A stretch of DNA of 64,000 nt from Nitrospirota bacterium (GCA_963790025.1 CAWBMP010000004.1:1672177-1736176); one strand, 5' to 3'. Numbered from the stretch's first letter, positions 1 through 9,507 are shown. Numbers and translations: made by a program. Notes: a model not told the origin generated them from the letters alone.

Positions 1-812
1 GCCTGCTCGATTTCTTTTAATACGGCTTTCAGGCGCTCTTCGAACTCACCCCTGAACTTCGAGCCCGCAACGAGGCTTCCGATATCGAGGGTTATCAATC
101 GTTTGTCTTTCAGGGTTTCCGGCACGTCTCCGGCTACAATCCTCTGCGCAAGCCCTTCTGCAATTGCTGTTTTTCCCACTCCAGGGTCGCCTATGAGCAC
201 AGGGTTGTTTTTTGTTCTTCTGGACAGGACCTGGATAATCCTCCGGATTTCCTCGTCTCTTCCTATAACAGGGTCCAGCTTTCCCTTTCGCGCAAGATCG
301 GTCAGGTCTTTACCGTACCGGGTCAGGGCCTGATATTTTTCCTCCGGATTGGGGTCTGTTACACGGTGGACGCCGCGTATTTCGCGCATGGAGCCAAGTA
401 TTGCATCAGGTGTTGCGCCGTTCCGCTTGAGAATCTCAGATCCGGGTCCGTAAGTGGCGGCAATGGCAAGCAGCAGGTGCTCGACACTGATGAATTCATC
501 GGTCAAATGGGTCGCCTCTTCATCAGCTTTTTCCAGTACGGTTTTCAAACGTGGCGCAATGTAAATCTGCCCCATTGGGGAAGATCCGGAGACCTTCGGG
601 AAACGGTCTATTTCTTTATCTGTCTCTTTCCTGATTTCTGGAATATCAGCACCGAGCCGCCTCAGTATTTGAAACGTGATACCGTCTTCATCACTCAGGA
701 GCGCAAGCAGCAGATGCTCCACATCGATCTGCTGATTACCCCTTTTCTCGGCGATGCCCTGCGCTTCCTGTATAGCTTCCTGGCTTTTAACCGTCAATTT
801 ATCCATTCTCAT
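1..812 (-). CDS. clpB: ATP-dependent chaperone ClpB, 5' part (continues beyond window start)
   Basis: Not in ORF track. Minus-strand translation from ATG at 812 gives [18 protein letters not shown]...HLL (Clp N-domain), then [42 protein letters not shown] (Walker A) and [13 protein letters not shown]. Lies downstream of dnaJ-hspR. Confidence 0.93.
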   Translation of the reverse strand, partial: MRMDKLTVKSQEAIQEAQGIAEKRGNQQIDVEHLLLALLSDEDGITFQILRRLGADIPEIRKETDKEIDRFPKVSGSSPMGQIYIAPRLKTVLEKADEEATHLTDEFISVEHLLLAIAATYGPGSEILKRNGATPDAILGSMREIRGVHRVTDPNPEEKYQALTRYGKDLTDLARKGKLDPVIGRDEEIRRIIQVLSRRTKNNPVLIGDPGVGKTAIAEGLAQRIVAGDVPETLKDKRLITLDIGSLVAGSKFRGEFEERLKAVLKEIEQ

Positions 813-840
813 AATATCTCCCGTACGTACAGCGTTTCAT

Positions 841-1197
841 TTATTCTTCACTCAATATATGCTTAAGATGTTTTTCAAATTCCTTTCGAACGTCGTCATC
901 TAATAATTGCATCATTTCCGTTATTTCATTTTGCAGCGCCTTAACGCGCTTGCGCATACGGAGGATAATATCAACTCCCGCCTTATTTACGCCGAGTTCT
1001 TTGGTGAGGTTTATTACCAAATTGAGCCTTTCAATGTCCTCATCCGAATACAGGCGCTGGCGGTTTATCCGGTGGGGGCTCACAAAGCCCTCCCTCTCGT
1101 ACATGCGCAGTGTCTGGGGATGTACTTCCAGTATCCTGGACACTACGCTTATCATGTATACGGGGCTGCTTCTGTCCTGCCTTTTATTAATCCCCAT
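841..1197 (-). CDS. hspR: MerR-family heat-shock repressor HspR-like
   Basis: [26 protein letters not shown]...[11 protein letters not shown]...LGVNKAGV; located between dnaJ and clpB. Confidence 0.85.
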   Translation of the reverse strand: MGINKRQDRSSPVYMISVVSRILEVHPQTLRMYEREGFVSPHRINRQRLYSDEDIERLNLVINLTKELGVNKAGVDIILRMRKRVKALQNEITEMMQLLDDDVRKEFEKHLKHILSEE

Positions 1198-2248
1198 GAT
1201 GCACCATTCCCTTGCGTGGGTCCTTCTTATACAAAGAGTCTATAATGTGAATAGCCTCTTTAGCCTTTTCCGGTATGTCCTTAGGAACGACGATATTAAT
1301 TTCAATATATTCATCACCCCGAGCTTTGGTTTTTGGGTGAATGAAACCCTTTCCCGTAAGCTTGAATTTTTGTCCACCCTGTGTCCCAGGCGGCAGGGTC
1401 ATGATGGATGCCCCATCAATGGTCGGAACTTCTATTTTCGCACCGAGTGCAGCTTCCACAAAGGTTACAGGCAGCTGGACGTGAATGTTTTCACCTTTCC
1501 TGGTGAATACAGAATGGTGCCTGACAGATATTTCCAAAAGAAGGTCTCCGGCAGGCCCTCTGCCTGTACCGGCATTTCCCATCTCCTTTAATTTAACAAC
1601 TGATCCATTGTCTACGCCCGCCGGTATTTTTACCTTTAAAGTTTCTGTGCTGACAGTATCTCCTCTCCCACTACATTTTTTACATGCGACGGTAATCTTC
1701 TTCCCGGTACCCATGCATGTCGGGCAGGGCTGGGCCATCCTGAAGAAACCCTTTGAGGTCTGGATATGACCGGTCCCTTTACAGCCCGGACAAGTCTGTG
1801 TAGCCTCGGCGCCGCTTCCGCCGCATTTATCGCATTGCGATGTCCGGTTGAATGTCAACGGTCTTGTTATTCCCCTGAAGGCATCCTCAAGAGTGATTTC
1901 CACACGAATTAAAATGTCCTCGCCCCGGGTGTGACGAGGCATGGTTTCCCGTCCGCCAAAGATATCACCAAAAACATCGCTGAAATCGAAAGTTTGTCCA
2001 CCTTCAAAGCCCCCGAACTGCTCGAACGTAGTCCCTCCGCTGTCATACTGGGCACGTTTCTCCGGGTCGCTGAGCACGGCATAGGCCTCATTGGCTTCCT
2101 TAAACTTTTCCTCGGCGGTTTTGTCCCCGGGGTTCAGGTCAGGATGGTACTTTCTGGCAAGCTTCCTGAACGCCTTTTTTATCTCATCCTGAGAGGCGTC
2201 TTTATCAATGCCAAGTGTTTTATAGTAATCTTTCACCGATGTCGCCAT
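1187..2248 (-). CDS. dnaJ: Chaperone DnaJ
   Basis: J-domain with HPD motif, G/F-rich linker, four CxxCxGxG repeats, C-terminal domain. Confidence 0.95.
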   Translation of the reverse strand: MATSVKDYYKTLGIDKDASQDEIKKAFRKLARKYHPDLNPGDKTAEEKFKEANEAYAVLSDPEKRAQYDSGGTTFEQFGGFEGGQTFDFSDVFGDIFGGRETMPRHTRGEDILIRVEITLEDAFRGITRPLTFNRTSQCDKCGGSGAEATQTCPGCKGTGHIQTSKGFFRMAQPCPTCMGTGKKITVACKKCSGRGDTVSTETLKVKIPAGVDNGSVVKLKEMGNAGTGRGPAGDLLLEISVRHHSVFTRKGENIHVQLPVTFVEAALGAKIEVPTIDGASIMTLPPGTQGGQKFKLTGKGFIHPKTKARGDEYIEINIVVPKDIPEKAKEAIHIIDSLYKKDPRKGMVHHGD

Positions 2249-2270
2249 ATATTCACCTCTTCTATTTCAT

Positions 2271-2300
2271 ATGATATATCTTTAGTCGTTTCTTGTCAAG
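2271..2300 (-). promoter_or_regulatory. Sigma70 promoter of dnaJ-hspR-clpB overlapped by a HAIR-like operator
   Basis: Minus strand TTGACA(2299-2294)-17 nt-TATCAT(2276-2271). CTTGACA-N7-ACTAAAG (2300-2280) matches HAIR consensus CTTGAGT-N7-ACTCAAG at 11/14. Confidence 0.75.
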
Positions 2301-2318
2301 TATTATATTGCACTCCGT

Positions 2319-2487
2319 GGTAGTGGGTCAGTTTGTTTTTGCTCTGGATCACCTGAGTTCTCAACAGTGGGGCGGTAACGCCCGCCCCAAATATCGAGAA
2401 AAGGCTGCCCGTTAATCTTCAGTATATGCCAGTGATTGGAAACGAAAGACTATTTGAGCCAGAGCAAAGACAAGCTGACCCACTACC
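2319..2487. mobile_element. MITE-like non-autonomous element (169 bp)
   Basis: 33-bp terminal inverted repeats (2319-2351 / 2455-2487, 30/33 match, starting GGTAGTGGGTCAG). Flanked by an 8-bp direct repeat CACTCCGT / CACTCCAT. No ORF. Confidence 0.75.
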
Positions 2488-2529
2488 CACTCCATGGCAG
2501 ATGGGGGTCTCTGTGTTACAATTAAATAA

Positions 2530-3771
2530 ATGCCTTTAGAAACAATCAAAGCTGACGTCCCCGTCTATGGAGGCCGCTCGATCGGCAGATTAAACGGTAA
2601 AATTGTAATGATAAAAGGGGCAATCCCGGGCGAAATTGCTGAAGTGAGGCTGGAAGAGGAAAAAAAAGATTACAGCCTTGGTACCGCTGTTTCAATACTC
2701 ACTCCCTCTCCCGACAGATGCGTACCGGAGTGCGGTTATTTCGGTTCATGCGGAGGTTGCCAACTCCAGTTCATTGCTTACAAGCGTCAGGTGCGGCTTA
2801 AAGAGGAAATTCTCAGGGATTGCATCAGACGCATAGCAAAAGCCGGGACTGAACTTTCCCCTTCAATGGTTGGTTCCAGCCCCTGGAAATACCGGCTCAG
2901 GGGACAGTTTAAAATATCGCATGGCAGGATCGGCTTTTACAGGGAAAAATCGCGTGAAATTATTGATATCGATGCCTGTCCGCTCATGGCGGAAGAGGTT
3001 AATCAATACCTTGCAAAAGCAAGGGCAATGCTCGGCAATATGACCGTCGGAGAAATACATATTTCGTTTGGAAACGGCGCGGTTGCTTTGTTAAAAACTT
3101 CTCATTCAGAAGGGGTTGCAGGCATTGATTTGAATAAACTTTCCGGCGATTTTCTGGAAAACGGTTTTTCAGGAATTGTTATTAAGCTGCCGGACAGGAA
3201 GGCATTACAGCGGGGGAAACAATACCTGACTCTCTATCTCGAAGGTCTGAAATACACGGTATCGCCACTGAGTTTTTTTCAAAGCCATTGGTCTCTGAAT
3301 CAGGCAATTGTTGGGTTCGTCAAAAGTGCACTACATCCGATGAAAGGACAAAAGGTCATGGACCTCTGCTCCGGGGCCGGTAACTTCTCGTTGCCTCTTG
3401 CAGTATTCGCAGATGAAGTGGTCGCAGTGGAGGAGAGTGCTGATGCTGTCAGGGACGGCAGGAGAAACGCGGATATAAACGGTATTAAAAACTGTACGTT
3501 CATTAATTCCGCCATGGATTCGGCTGCCATAAGTAATGACGTTGATACGCTCATTGTCGATCCTCCCAGGCCGGGGCTTACAGGCAGAACAATAGACAAT
3601 ATTCTCAGTGCTGCGCCTGAAAGAATTGCCTATATATCGTGCAACCCGACAACGTTGGCCAGGGATTTGAAAAAAATGGCAGCTAAATATGAAATTGACT
3701 CCATACGTATGATCGATTTCTTTCCCCAAACATATCACATAGAATCTCTGGCACTTCTCAGGAGGAAATAA
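2530..3771 (+). CDS. TrmA/RlmD-family RNA (uracil-5)-methyltransferase with TRAM domain
   Basis: N-terminal TRAM domain, CGYFGSCGGCQLQ Fe-S motif, SFFQ, DLCSGAGNF SAM motif, VDPPRPG, YISCNPTTLARD, DFFPQTYHIE. Confidence 0.9.
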   Translation: MPLETIKADVPVYGGRSIGRLNGKIVMIKGAIPGEIAEVRLEEEKKDYSLGTAVSILTPSPDRCVPECGYFGSCGGCQLQFIAYKRQVRLKEEILRDCIRRIAKAGTELSPSMVGSSPWKYRLRGQFKISHGRIGFYREKSREIIDIDACPLMAEEVNQYLAKARAMLGNMTVGEIHISFGNGAVALLKTSHSEGVAGIDLNKLSGDFLENGFSGIVIKLPDRKALQRGKQYLTLYLEGLKYTVSPLSFFQSHWSLNQAIVGFVKSALHPMKGQKVMDLCSGAGNFSLPLAVFADEVVAVEESADAVRDGRRNADINGIKNCTFINSAMDSAAISNDVDTLIVDPPRPGLTGRTIDNILSAAPERIAYISCNPTTLARDLKKMAAKYEIDSIRMIDFFPQTYHIESLALLRRK

Positions 3772-3773
3772 GA

Positions 3774-4577
3774 ATGAGCGGGACTTTTTTGGAAACTGCC
3801 ATCTTTGCCGCACAATCGGCAGGCAAGATTATCCTTCAAAACCTCGGCAGGCTCTCAAGCGATGACATAGATGTCAAGCAGGTATCGGACTTTGTAACCC
3901 GCGTTGACAGAGAGTCTGAAGCCCTTATTATCGGGACAATACATGAGCGGTATCCGGACCACCATATCCTTGCGGAGGAGTCGCTGAAGGAGATGGAGCG
4001 CGGGGGCTATCGCTGGATAATCGATCCACTCGACGGCACTACTAACTATATTCACCAGTATCCTGTTTTTTGCACATCGATAGCCCTTGAGTACAACAGC
4101 AAAATAATTGCAGGAGTTATTTTTGATCCTTTAAGGGGAGACCTCTTCTGCGCGGAAAGAGGGAAAGGCGCTTTTCTCAATGGACAGCCGATAATGGTGT
4201 CAACGATTGCGGCCCAGCAAGACAGTCTTATCACGACAGGCTTTCCTTTCAGGAAAAAGGACTTTCTTGACATGTACCTTAAACTATTCAAAAATGTTCT
4301 GTATAAGGTCAGCGATATGCGGAGGGCAGGGTCAGCTGCGCTCGACCTGGCATACCTTGCAGCAGGAAGATGCGAGGGATTTTTTGAATTAGGGTTGAGT
4401 CCCTGGGATATTGCTGCGGGAAGCCTCATTATAGAGGAGGCCCGAGGGGTGATTACCGATTTCGGAGGGGGCAGTGAGTATCTGTCTACAGGAAATATTG
4501 TTGCCGGCAATAAAGTCATCCAAAAGGAACTGTTAAAGGAAGTGCAGGAAGTTTTTGACGGGATAATTGACAAGTAA
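3774..4577 (+). CDS. suhB: Inositol monophosphatase family protein
   Basis: WIIDPLDGTTNY, RRAGSAALDL and WDIAAG motifs. Confidence 0.9.
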   Translation: MSGTFLETAIFAAQSAGKIILQNLGRLSSDDIDVKQVSDFVTRVDRESEALIIGTIHERYPDHHILAEESLKEMERGGYRWIIDPLDGTTNYIHQYPVFCTSIALEYNSKIIAGVIFDPLRGDLFCAERGKGAFLNGQPIMVSTIAAQQDSLITTGFPFRKKDFLDMYLKLFKNVLYKVSDMRRAGSAALDLAYLAAGRCEGFFELGLSPWDIAAGSLIIEEARGVITDFGGGSEYLSTGNIVAGNKVIQKELLKEVQEVFDGIIDK

Positions 4578-4580
4578 AAA

Positions 4581-4646
4581 GGTTAAAGGTAAAAGGTCAC
4601 AGACCAAAAAACGTCTTCTTTTTTTAGCCATTTATCTTAAACCTTT
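4581..4646. repeat. Heptamer-repeat imperfect hairpin between convergent genes
   Basis: GGTTAAA-GGTAAAA-GGTCACA followed by complementary TTTAGCC...TTAAACC. Confidence 0.45.
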
Positions 4647-5252
4647 TTATTTTATTTTGGGTATTTCATCCTCTATTCTCGTCAGCACCCTTTCCAGGAC
4701 CATTCGCGCGGTTTCGTCCGGCTGCTTTTCTGAACGGGCCCCTTGAGTCTGCCAAACTATATCGCCTGTAACTGAATCAACTACTTTAATTGAAAAAGAA
4801 GCGCGGCAGAATTGGAAACTGGCTTTCTCGGGTGCAAATCCGGTCCAGGTCCATTCTTTCTGGGTCTGGCACTCATAACGGTCAATTGTCCCATACACGA
4901 CAGCTTTGATACCGTTTGCCTTTAGCAAGGCTTTGTCATCCGGTGTCAGTTCAGGAGAGATCAAAAGATCTTTGCCGGATAGTTTTTTCAGGGTTTCGCG
5001 GCGTGTCACCGAGTATCCGTCAGCAGCGAACCTTACAGCAATACGCGCTGCCACCCTTTCGCCTATGGCGGGATCAGGAGAGACAAATTTTGCTATTGTT
5101 ACCGTATTATAATTCTGCATTGGCACAACAGGAGCGTGTTTTACACTATTCTGCCCGGATGCACAGCTTATTAGAGCAATACAAGCCACACTGCATAATA
5201 ATTTTAACAATTTTTTGTTCCTCGAGAACATTGTAATATTGAAGTTTACCAT
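4647..5252 (-). CDS. Putative lipoprotein (CsgG/HfaB-like alpha/beta domain); start may be a later Met
   Basis: Signal peptide with lipobox LISC; C-terminal FSIKVVDSVTGDIVW motif typical of CsgG-like domains. Confidence 0.6.
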   Translation of the reverse strand: MVNFNITMFSRNKKLLKLLCSVACIALISCASGQNSVKHAPVVPMQNYNTVTIAKFVSPDPAIGERVAARIAVRFAADGYSVTRRETLKKLSGKDLLISPELTPDDKALLKANGIKAVVYGTIDRYECQTQKEWTWTGFAPEKASFQFCRASFSIKVVDSVTGDIVWQTQGARSEKQPDETARMVLERVLTRIEDEIPKIK

Positions 5253-5349
5253 AATCCATAAGGCGATAAAACTTTTCCGTATTTAGGGCTTTTGATAGCG
5301 GGCTTTCCTTCAATGTTACAATTAGGTTACAATTGGGTTACAACCTATT

Positions 5350-5868
5350 ATGACTCTTTTATGTCCCATAGAAAACCTGAAAGACGGCCACGAGCTGGTC
5401 ATATGTGACAGCGAGCGCTCACAAAGGGCGCATAAAGAACTCTTTCATTTCAGAGATGAGGTCTACTTAATTACCGGTGATCAGGACAATGTTTTTGATA
5501 CGATCCTCAGCATGGTTGAGACCTTCAATACAGCTCCTGAAACAGGCCCTGCCCGCATTCATATAGTCCTGGCATGGGAAAACATTTTAAGGGTCTCCTC
5601 ATGGAAATCAGCGCGTCCTGCTGCCGGCGATGCGTTTATTATTCTTAAAAATTCAGGAATAAGCCAGCAGGACCTTCAGCCGTTTAAAACAGCTGATGTT
5701 AATGATTTGTTCCCCTGGCTTTATTACGGCAAACGGTTTGAGGTTTTAAGGAAGATTTGCCATGCGGCAAAGAAGCAAATGGAGAGTCATTTACGAAACC
5801 ATTCCATAAGGGTGGATGGCCACCTTATGGCGGATGACACCAAAAGGATTATTGCCAGCAGCCTCTGA
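5350..5868 (+). CDS. Hypothetical protein
   Basis: 172-aa ORF filling the intergenic space; no certain family (see findings). Confidence 0.6.
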   Translation: MTLLCPIENLKDGHELVICDSERSQRAHKELFHFRDEVYLITGDQDNVFDTILSMVETFNTAPETGPARIHIVLAWENILRVSSWKSARPAAGDAFIILKNSGISQQDLQPFKTADVNDLFPWLYYGKRFEVLRKICHAAKKQMESHLRNHSIRVDGHLMADDTKRIIASSL

Positions 5869-5903
5869 AGAAACTGTTAGCCTCCGTGGGAGGCCTTAAA
5901 GAC

Positions 5904-5986
5904 AGGTAAAGGTTAAGGTTAAGAAAACAAAACAAGACACAGGTCTTTGGTATCTTCTTACCTAACCTATACCTTAACCTTGACCT
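5904..5986. repeat. Hexamer-repeat hairpin overlapping the stop of the hemY-like gene
   Basis: GGTAAA-GGTTAA-GGTTAA arm and complementary CCTAAC-CTATAC-CTTAAC-CTTGAC arm. Confidence 0.5.
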
Positions 5987-7181
5987 GGTTTTTTAGCCGC
6001 TGAAATTCATGGAGCGACCTTGTAACACAGTCTTCTATCGCCATCCCGCCAAAGTAATTTCCTGTCAGAAAGATGCGGCTCCCGGAGAGCGACTGCTCAA
6101 GTTCGCCGACCAGTGCGTTGTGGCCGACTTTAAGCGATGGCACAAAATTCTTTTTTTCTGCAACATGCCCAATCTGTCCCTGCTCAACTCCGAGCACTTC
6201 TGCGATGCGCTTGAGCTTCGCTTCGCGGCCCAGGAGACCCGGCCTGAAATGGAACGTGAAGCCTCTGTATTTCTTATGAGGCACAGTATCTCTGGTGACA
6301 ACAGAATAAAAGCTGTCGGAAGAAGGGATCAGTCCTGCAGCAGGGGCGATGGAGACCGATTTTTTATTGATAGCCGTACCCATCGATTCAACCGCTACTA
6401 CCTCGATCCCCGCTAATTTTTTCGATAAACGAGGGGATGATTCCTGTAAAAGTTCCGAGGCGACAGATGCAGGTGTTGCCAGGGCCAGGGTGTCAGTTTC
6501 ATAAAGTGCTCCATCTGTAGTGATTTGGAAACGGCTGTTTTTGGAGGTCAGAGCATGCACCTTCTGTCCTTTTACAATCTCGATATTTTTTTGTAATGCT
6601 ATAGCCTCTGCAATTGTCTGCATGCCGCAAGACAGAGTGAATTTTTTAAGTATATCTTTTCTGCGGAACCGTTTTTTAAATACCAGGTCTGCCGGAAAAT
6701 CATTGGCTGTTTGCGATAGTACGGCATTTATGGCAGGACCGATCACTCGCCTGAAATTTGAGAGGCCTGCGATTTTTGAATAGTACGATTCAACACTGTA
6801 CCCTTCCTGTTTGAGGGTAAATAAACTGGGGGCTGAGAGGATAAGCTCCCAATAATTAAGCTGAGAAGGAATGGATTTTATCCGGCTCCCGGCAAGCATT
6901 TTGAACGGCACTTTTTCACGAGCGGTCAACTTGTCAAGAATGTTGCAATCTTCTATGATCGCCAATAAATTGCGATATGAGTTGTAACAGGTATGGGCAC
7001 CCAGTTCTATCCAGAACCCATCTGCGTCGTCAAAGCGATGGGAATGCAGTGTGCCGCCAACATATCCGTCCTTTTCGATTATCAAAGTCCTCAGCCCTTC
7101 ACTGCCGCAGTAATGGGCAAAGCTCAGTCCACTGATGCCTGCCCCGATCACGACAACTTCATATCTGTTGTTTAAAGCCAT
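5967..7181 (-). CDS. FAD-dependent oxidoreductase, HemY-like (proto/coproporphyrinogen oxidase)
   Basis: VIGAGISG dinucleotide-binding motif, ELGAHT, C-terminal LTGNYFGGMAIEDCV; start overlaps the hemH stop. Confidence 0.7.
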   Translation of the reverse strand: MALNNRYEVVVIGAGISGLSFAHYCGSEGLRTLIIEKDGYVGGTLHSHRFDDADGFWIELGAHTCYNSYRNLLAIIEDCNILDKLTAREKVPFKMLAGSRIKSIPSQLNYWELILSAPSLFTLKQEGYSVESYYSKIAGLSNFRRVIGPAINAVLSQTANDFPADLVFKKRFRRKDILKKFTLSCGMQTIAEAIALQKNIEIVKGQKVHALTSKNSRFQITTDGALYETDTLALATPASVASELLQESSPRLSKKLAGIEVVAVESMGTAINKKSVSIAPAAGLIPSSDSFYSVVTRDTVPHKKYRGFTFHFRPGLLGREAKLKRIAEVLGVEQGQIGHVAEKKNFVPSLKVGHNALVGELEQSLSGSRIFLTGNYFGGMAIEDCVTRSLHEFQRLKNQVKVKV

Positions 7182-8176
7182 CCGGTACCCTTCACTTTCT
7201 TTATGACCATATCGGCAAGTGCCATTATAAATTTTGCGGACGTGTTAAGCGATTCAATACGCTTAAGCGTTATCCCGAGGTTCCTTGCCATGCCTTTGTA
7301 TAGTATATCTATTTCATAGAGAGTTTCAATGTGGTCGGACACAAAACTGATGGGCACAACCAGGAGTTCTTTTATTCCTTTGCCTGCTAGTTCACGAAGC
7401 ATGTGTTCAGTAGAGGGTCCCAGCCATTTGACCGGGCCGGTCTTGCTCTGGAAAGAGAGGAACCACTGCATATCCACCCTTTTAGTAAGCTCATCGATAG
7501 TGCCCCGAACCTCGTTGATGTAAGGATCACCAGCGTCTACAAGTTTCTGCGGGAGACTGTGGGCGCTGAACAATACGGGAGGTTTAACAGCAAAACTTTT
7601 TAACCCCTGCTCAATGCGGGCCGCAAGGGCATCAATGTAAAGTGGGTGACTGAACCAGGAGGTGACACAGGCATATTCAAAAGAATATTTTGCAGCAGCA
7701 TCTTCGAAATGTTTGATGGAAGAACCTGTTGTCGCGACAGAGTAGTGAGGATACAGGCTTAGCGCAATTATTTTGTTTATACCTTGTCTGTGCAACTGCT
7801 CCAGACCCTCTTCAGTAAAAGGGTGCCAGTAACGCATGCCGATAATAACCTTGAATTTGTAATCAGGGTATCGCGGTATAGGAATGATGGCTTGTTCAGG
7901 CAGTGCAAAGGCATCTTTACTCCGATTCAACAATTCCTCGAGTGCCCTGGCCTGTGCTGACGTGGTGTCTGGAAGAGGAGATTTGCCGCCTATCATTCTA
8001 TAAGCGGCCAACGTCTTTTTCAGCTTCGTCCTGATTATAAGAGACGCTATAGGCTTTTGGAGGAATGAAGGGCCGAGCCTGATTATGTCCCTGTCAGTAA
8101 AAAGATTGCAAAGAAAAGGCTTAACAGCATCTAAAGAGTCAGGACCGCCCAGATTTAAAAGTATTACACCTATCAC
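7172..8176 (-). CDS. hemH: Ferrochelatase
   Basis: LLNLGGP, GGKSPL, GMRYWHP, LYPHYS, FSAHSLP, FQSKTGP.KWL.P, FVSDHIETLYEID; GTG start. Confidence 0.95.
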   Translation of the reverse strand: MIGVILLNLGGPDSLDAVKPFLCNLFTDRDIIRLGPSFLQKPIASLIIRTKLKKTLAAYRMIGGKSPLPDTTSAQARALEELLNRSKDAFALPEQAIIPIPRYPDYKFKVIIGMRYWHPFTEEGLEQLHRQGINKIIALSLYPHYSVATTGSSIKHFEDAAAKYSFEYACVTSWFSHPLYIDALAARIEQGLKSFAVKPPVLFSAHSLPQKLVDAGDPYINEVRGTIDELTKRVDMQWFLSFQSKTGPVKWLGPSTEHMLRELAGKGIKELLVVPISFVSDHIETLYEIDILYKGMARNLGITLKRIESLNTSAKFIMALADMVIKKVKGTGWL

Positions 8177-8220
8177 AGACTAAAGAATACAAGATTAGAT
8201 ATCGGTGATTCAAGTTGCTC

Positions 8221-8248
8221 TTGACAATAACTATTCTAATCTGATAAT
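8221..8248 (+). promoter_or_regulatory. Promoter of perR-ahpC with an overlapping Per-box-like site
   Basis: TTGACA(8221)-16 nt-GATAAT. CAATAACTATTCTAA (8225-8239) matches TTATAATnATTATAA at 10/14. Confidence 0.5.
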
Positions 8249-8279
8249 ATTTACTTAATAATAAAAAAGAGGTGTCAAA

Positions 8280-8675
8280 ATGAAAGAAGAATACAGGGAA
8301 TTAGGATTGAAGCTTACACCTCAAAGGATTGCCATCCTCGACTATCTCAAGGATAACACGGACCATCCATCCGCAGAGGACATTTACAGGGCAGTTTCTG
8401 AAAATTATCCAACCATGTCCTTCGCAACGGTATATAACACGCTTGAAGCAATACGGAAGAAGGGCGGTGTGCATGAGTTGAGCATTGATCCGACGAAAAA
8501 ACGTTTTGATCCTAACACTAAACCACACCACCACCTTATATGTATAAAGTGCAAAAGAATTGTTGATATAGACTGTGCGTACGATTTGCAGGTATCGGCT
8601 GATGAAAGGAGCGGCTTCGATATTATCGGTAATCATGTGGAGTTTTACGGCATCTGCCCCACCTGCAAAAACTGA
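8280..8675 (+). CDS. perR: Fur-family regulator, PerR-like
   Basis: TPQR, HPSAEDIY, ATVYNTL, RFD...HHHLIC..C, CxxC; directly upstream of a peroxiredoxin. Confidence 0.8.
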   Translation: MKEEYRELGLKLTPQRIAILDYLKDNTDHPSAEDIYRAVSENYPTMSFATVYNTLEAIRKKGGVHELSIDPTKKRFDPNTKPHHHLICIKCKRIVDIDCAYDLQVSADERSGFDIIGNHVEFYGICPTCKN

Positions 8676-8810
8676 GCAGCTACCTTTTTACAATAGTTGC
8701 GGAGTCAGCTCAAATAAACTATGATTTAAAATAAATATTACACGCTGAATTTTGAACGTTAAGTCAGGGATCTTTTCATTAATTCAACTTTTTTATTACC
8801 AGGAGGGACT

Positions 8811-9422
8811 ATGAGTGAAATATGTTGCGGTTTGAGGGTAGGGCAGACGGTTCCGGATTTCAAACTCGATACCTATGAACCTACGAAGGGTGATTTTGGT
8901 GAAATAAGCCTCGCAAGTTTAAAGGCAGACAAGAAGTGGACTGTTCTTGTTTTCTATCCGGCTGACTTTACCTTTGTATGTGCCACCGAATTCGCCGCGC
9001 TCGCGGAGTTGTATGATCAGTTTAAGGAGCTTGGGGCCGAGGTCATAACAGTGAGCACGGATACGAAGTTCGTCCATCTTGCATGGCAGCGCGATGAGAC
9101 CATGTTAAAAAACGCCAAATACCCCATGGGTGCCGACCGCACTGGAACTGTATCCAGAATGTTCGGGGTATACAACCAGGAGACAGGACTTGACATGAGG
9201 GGTTCCTTCATTATAAGTCCTGAAGGGATACTCATGAATTCAGAGGTCAATTTCTACAACATGGGAAGAAATATGGTCGAGCTTTTAAGGAAAGTGAAGG
9301 CGAACACCCACCTTTCCAAGTATGGGGACGAAGCCTGCCCCGCGAAATGGCAGGAAGAAGGGGACAAAACGCTGAAGCCGTCGGCGAAGATGGTTGGCAA
9401 GGTTGGTGAAGCCTATAAGTAA
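8811..9422 (+). CDS. ahpC: 2-Cys peroxiredoxin (AhpC type)
   Basis: FYPADFTFVCATE peroxidatic motif and EACPAKW resolving motif; SD AGGAGG. Confidence 0.88.
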   Translation: MSEICCGLRVGQTVPDFKLDTYEPTKGDFGEISLASLKADKKWTVLVFYPADFTFVCATEFAALAELYDQFKELGAEVITVSTDTKFVHLAWQRDETMLKNAKYPMGADRTGTVSRMFGVYNQETGLDMRGSFIISPEGILMNSEVNFYNMGRNMVELLRKVKANTHLSKYGDEACPAKWQEEGDKTLKPSAKMVGKVGEAYK

Positions 9423-9429
9423 AAAGGAA

Positions 9430-9496
9430 GCTGAGAGCTACGAGTCTATAGCTGAGAGCAAAGGATGGTCTTGGCTCTTGGCCCTTAGCTCTCAGC
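9430..9496. repeat. Heptamer-repeat hairpin between convergent genes (possible bidirectional terminator)
   Basis: GCTGAGA-GCTACGA-GTCTATA-GCTGAGA arm versus TCTTGGC-TCTTGGC-CCTTAGC-TCTCAGC arm. Confidence 0.6.
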
Positions 9497-9507
9497 AATT
9501 ATCTTTT

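Noticed and set aside
103..866. Plus-strand ORFs 103-333 and 366-866
   Set aside because: Shadows of clpB, which lies on the minus strand.
2319..2487. 6S RNA or hammerhead ribozyme reading of the long hairpin
   Set aside because: No CUGANGA core. The flanking 8-bp duplication and near-perfect ends fit a MITE better; an Rfam scan is needed to exclude an ncRNA fully.
8811..9422. Selenocysteine recoding in the peroxiredoxin
   Set aside because: The peroxidatic codon is TGT (Cys) and there is no in-frame TGA.
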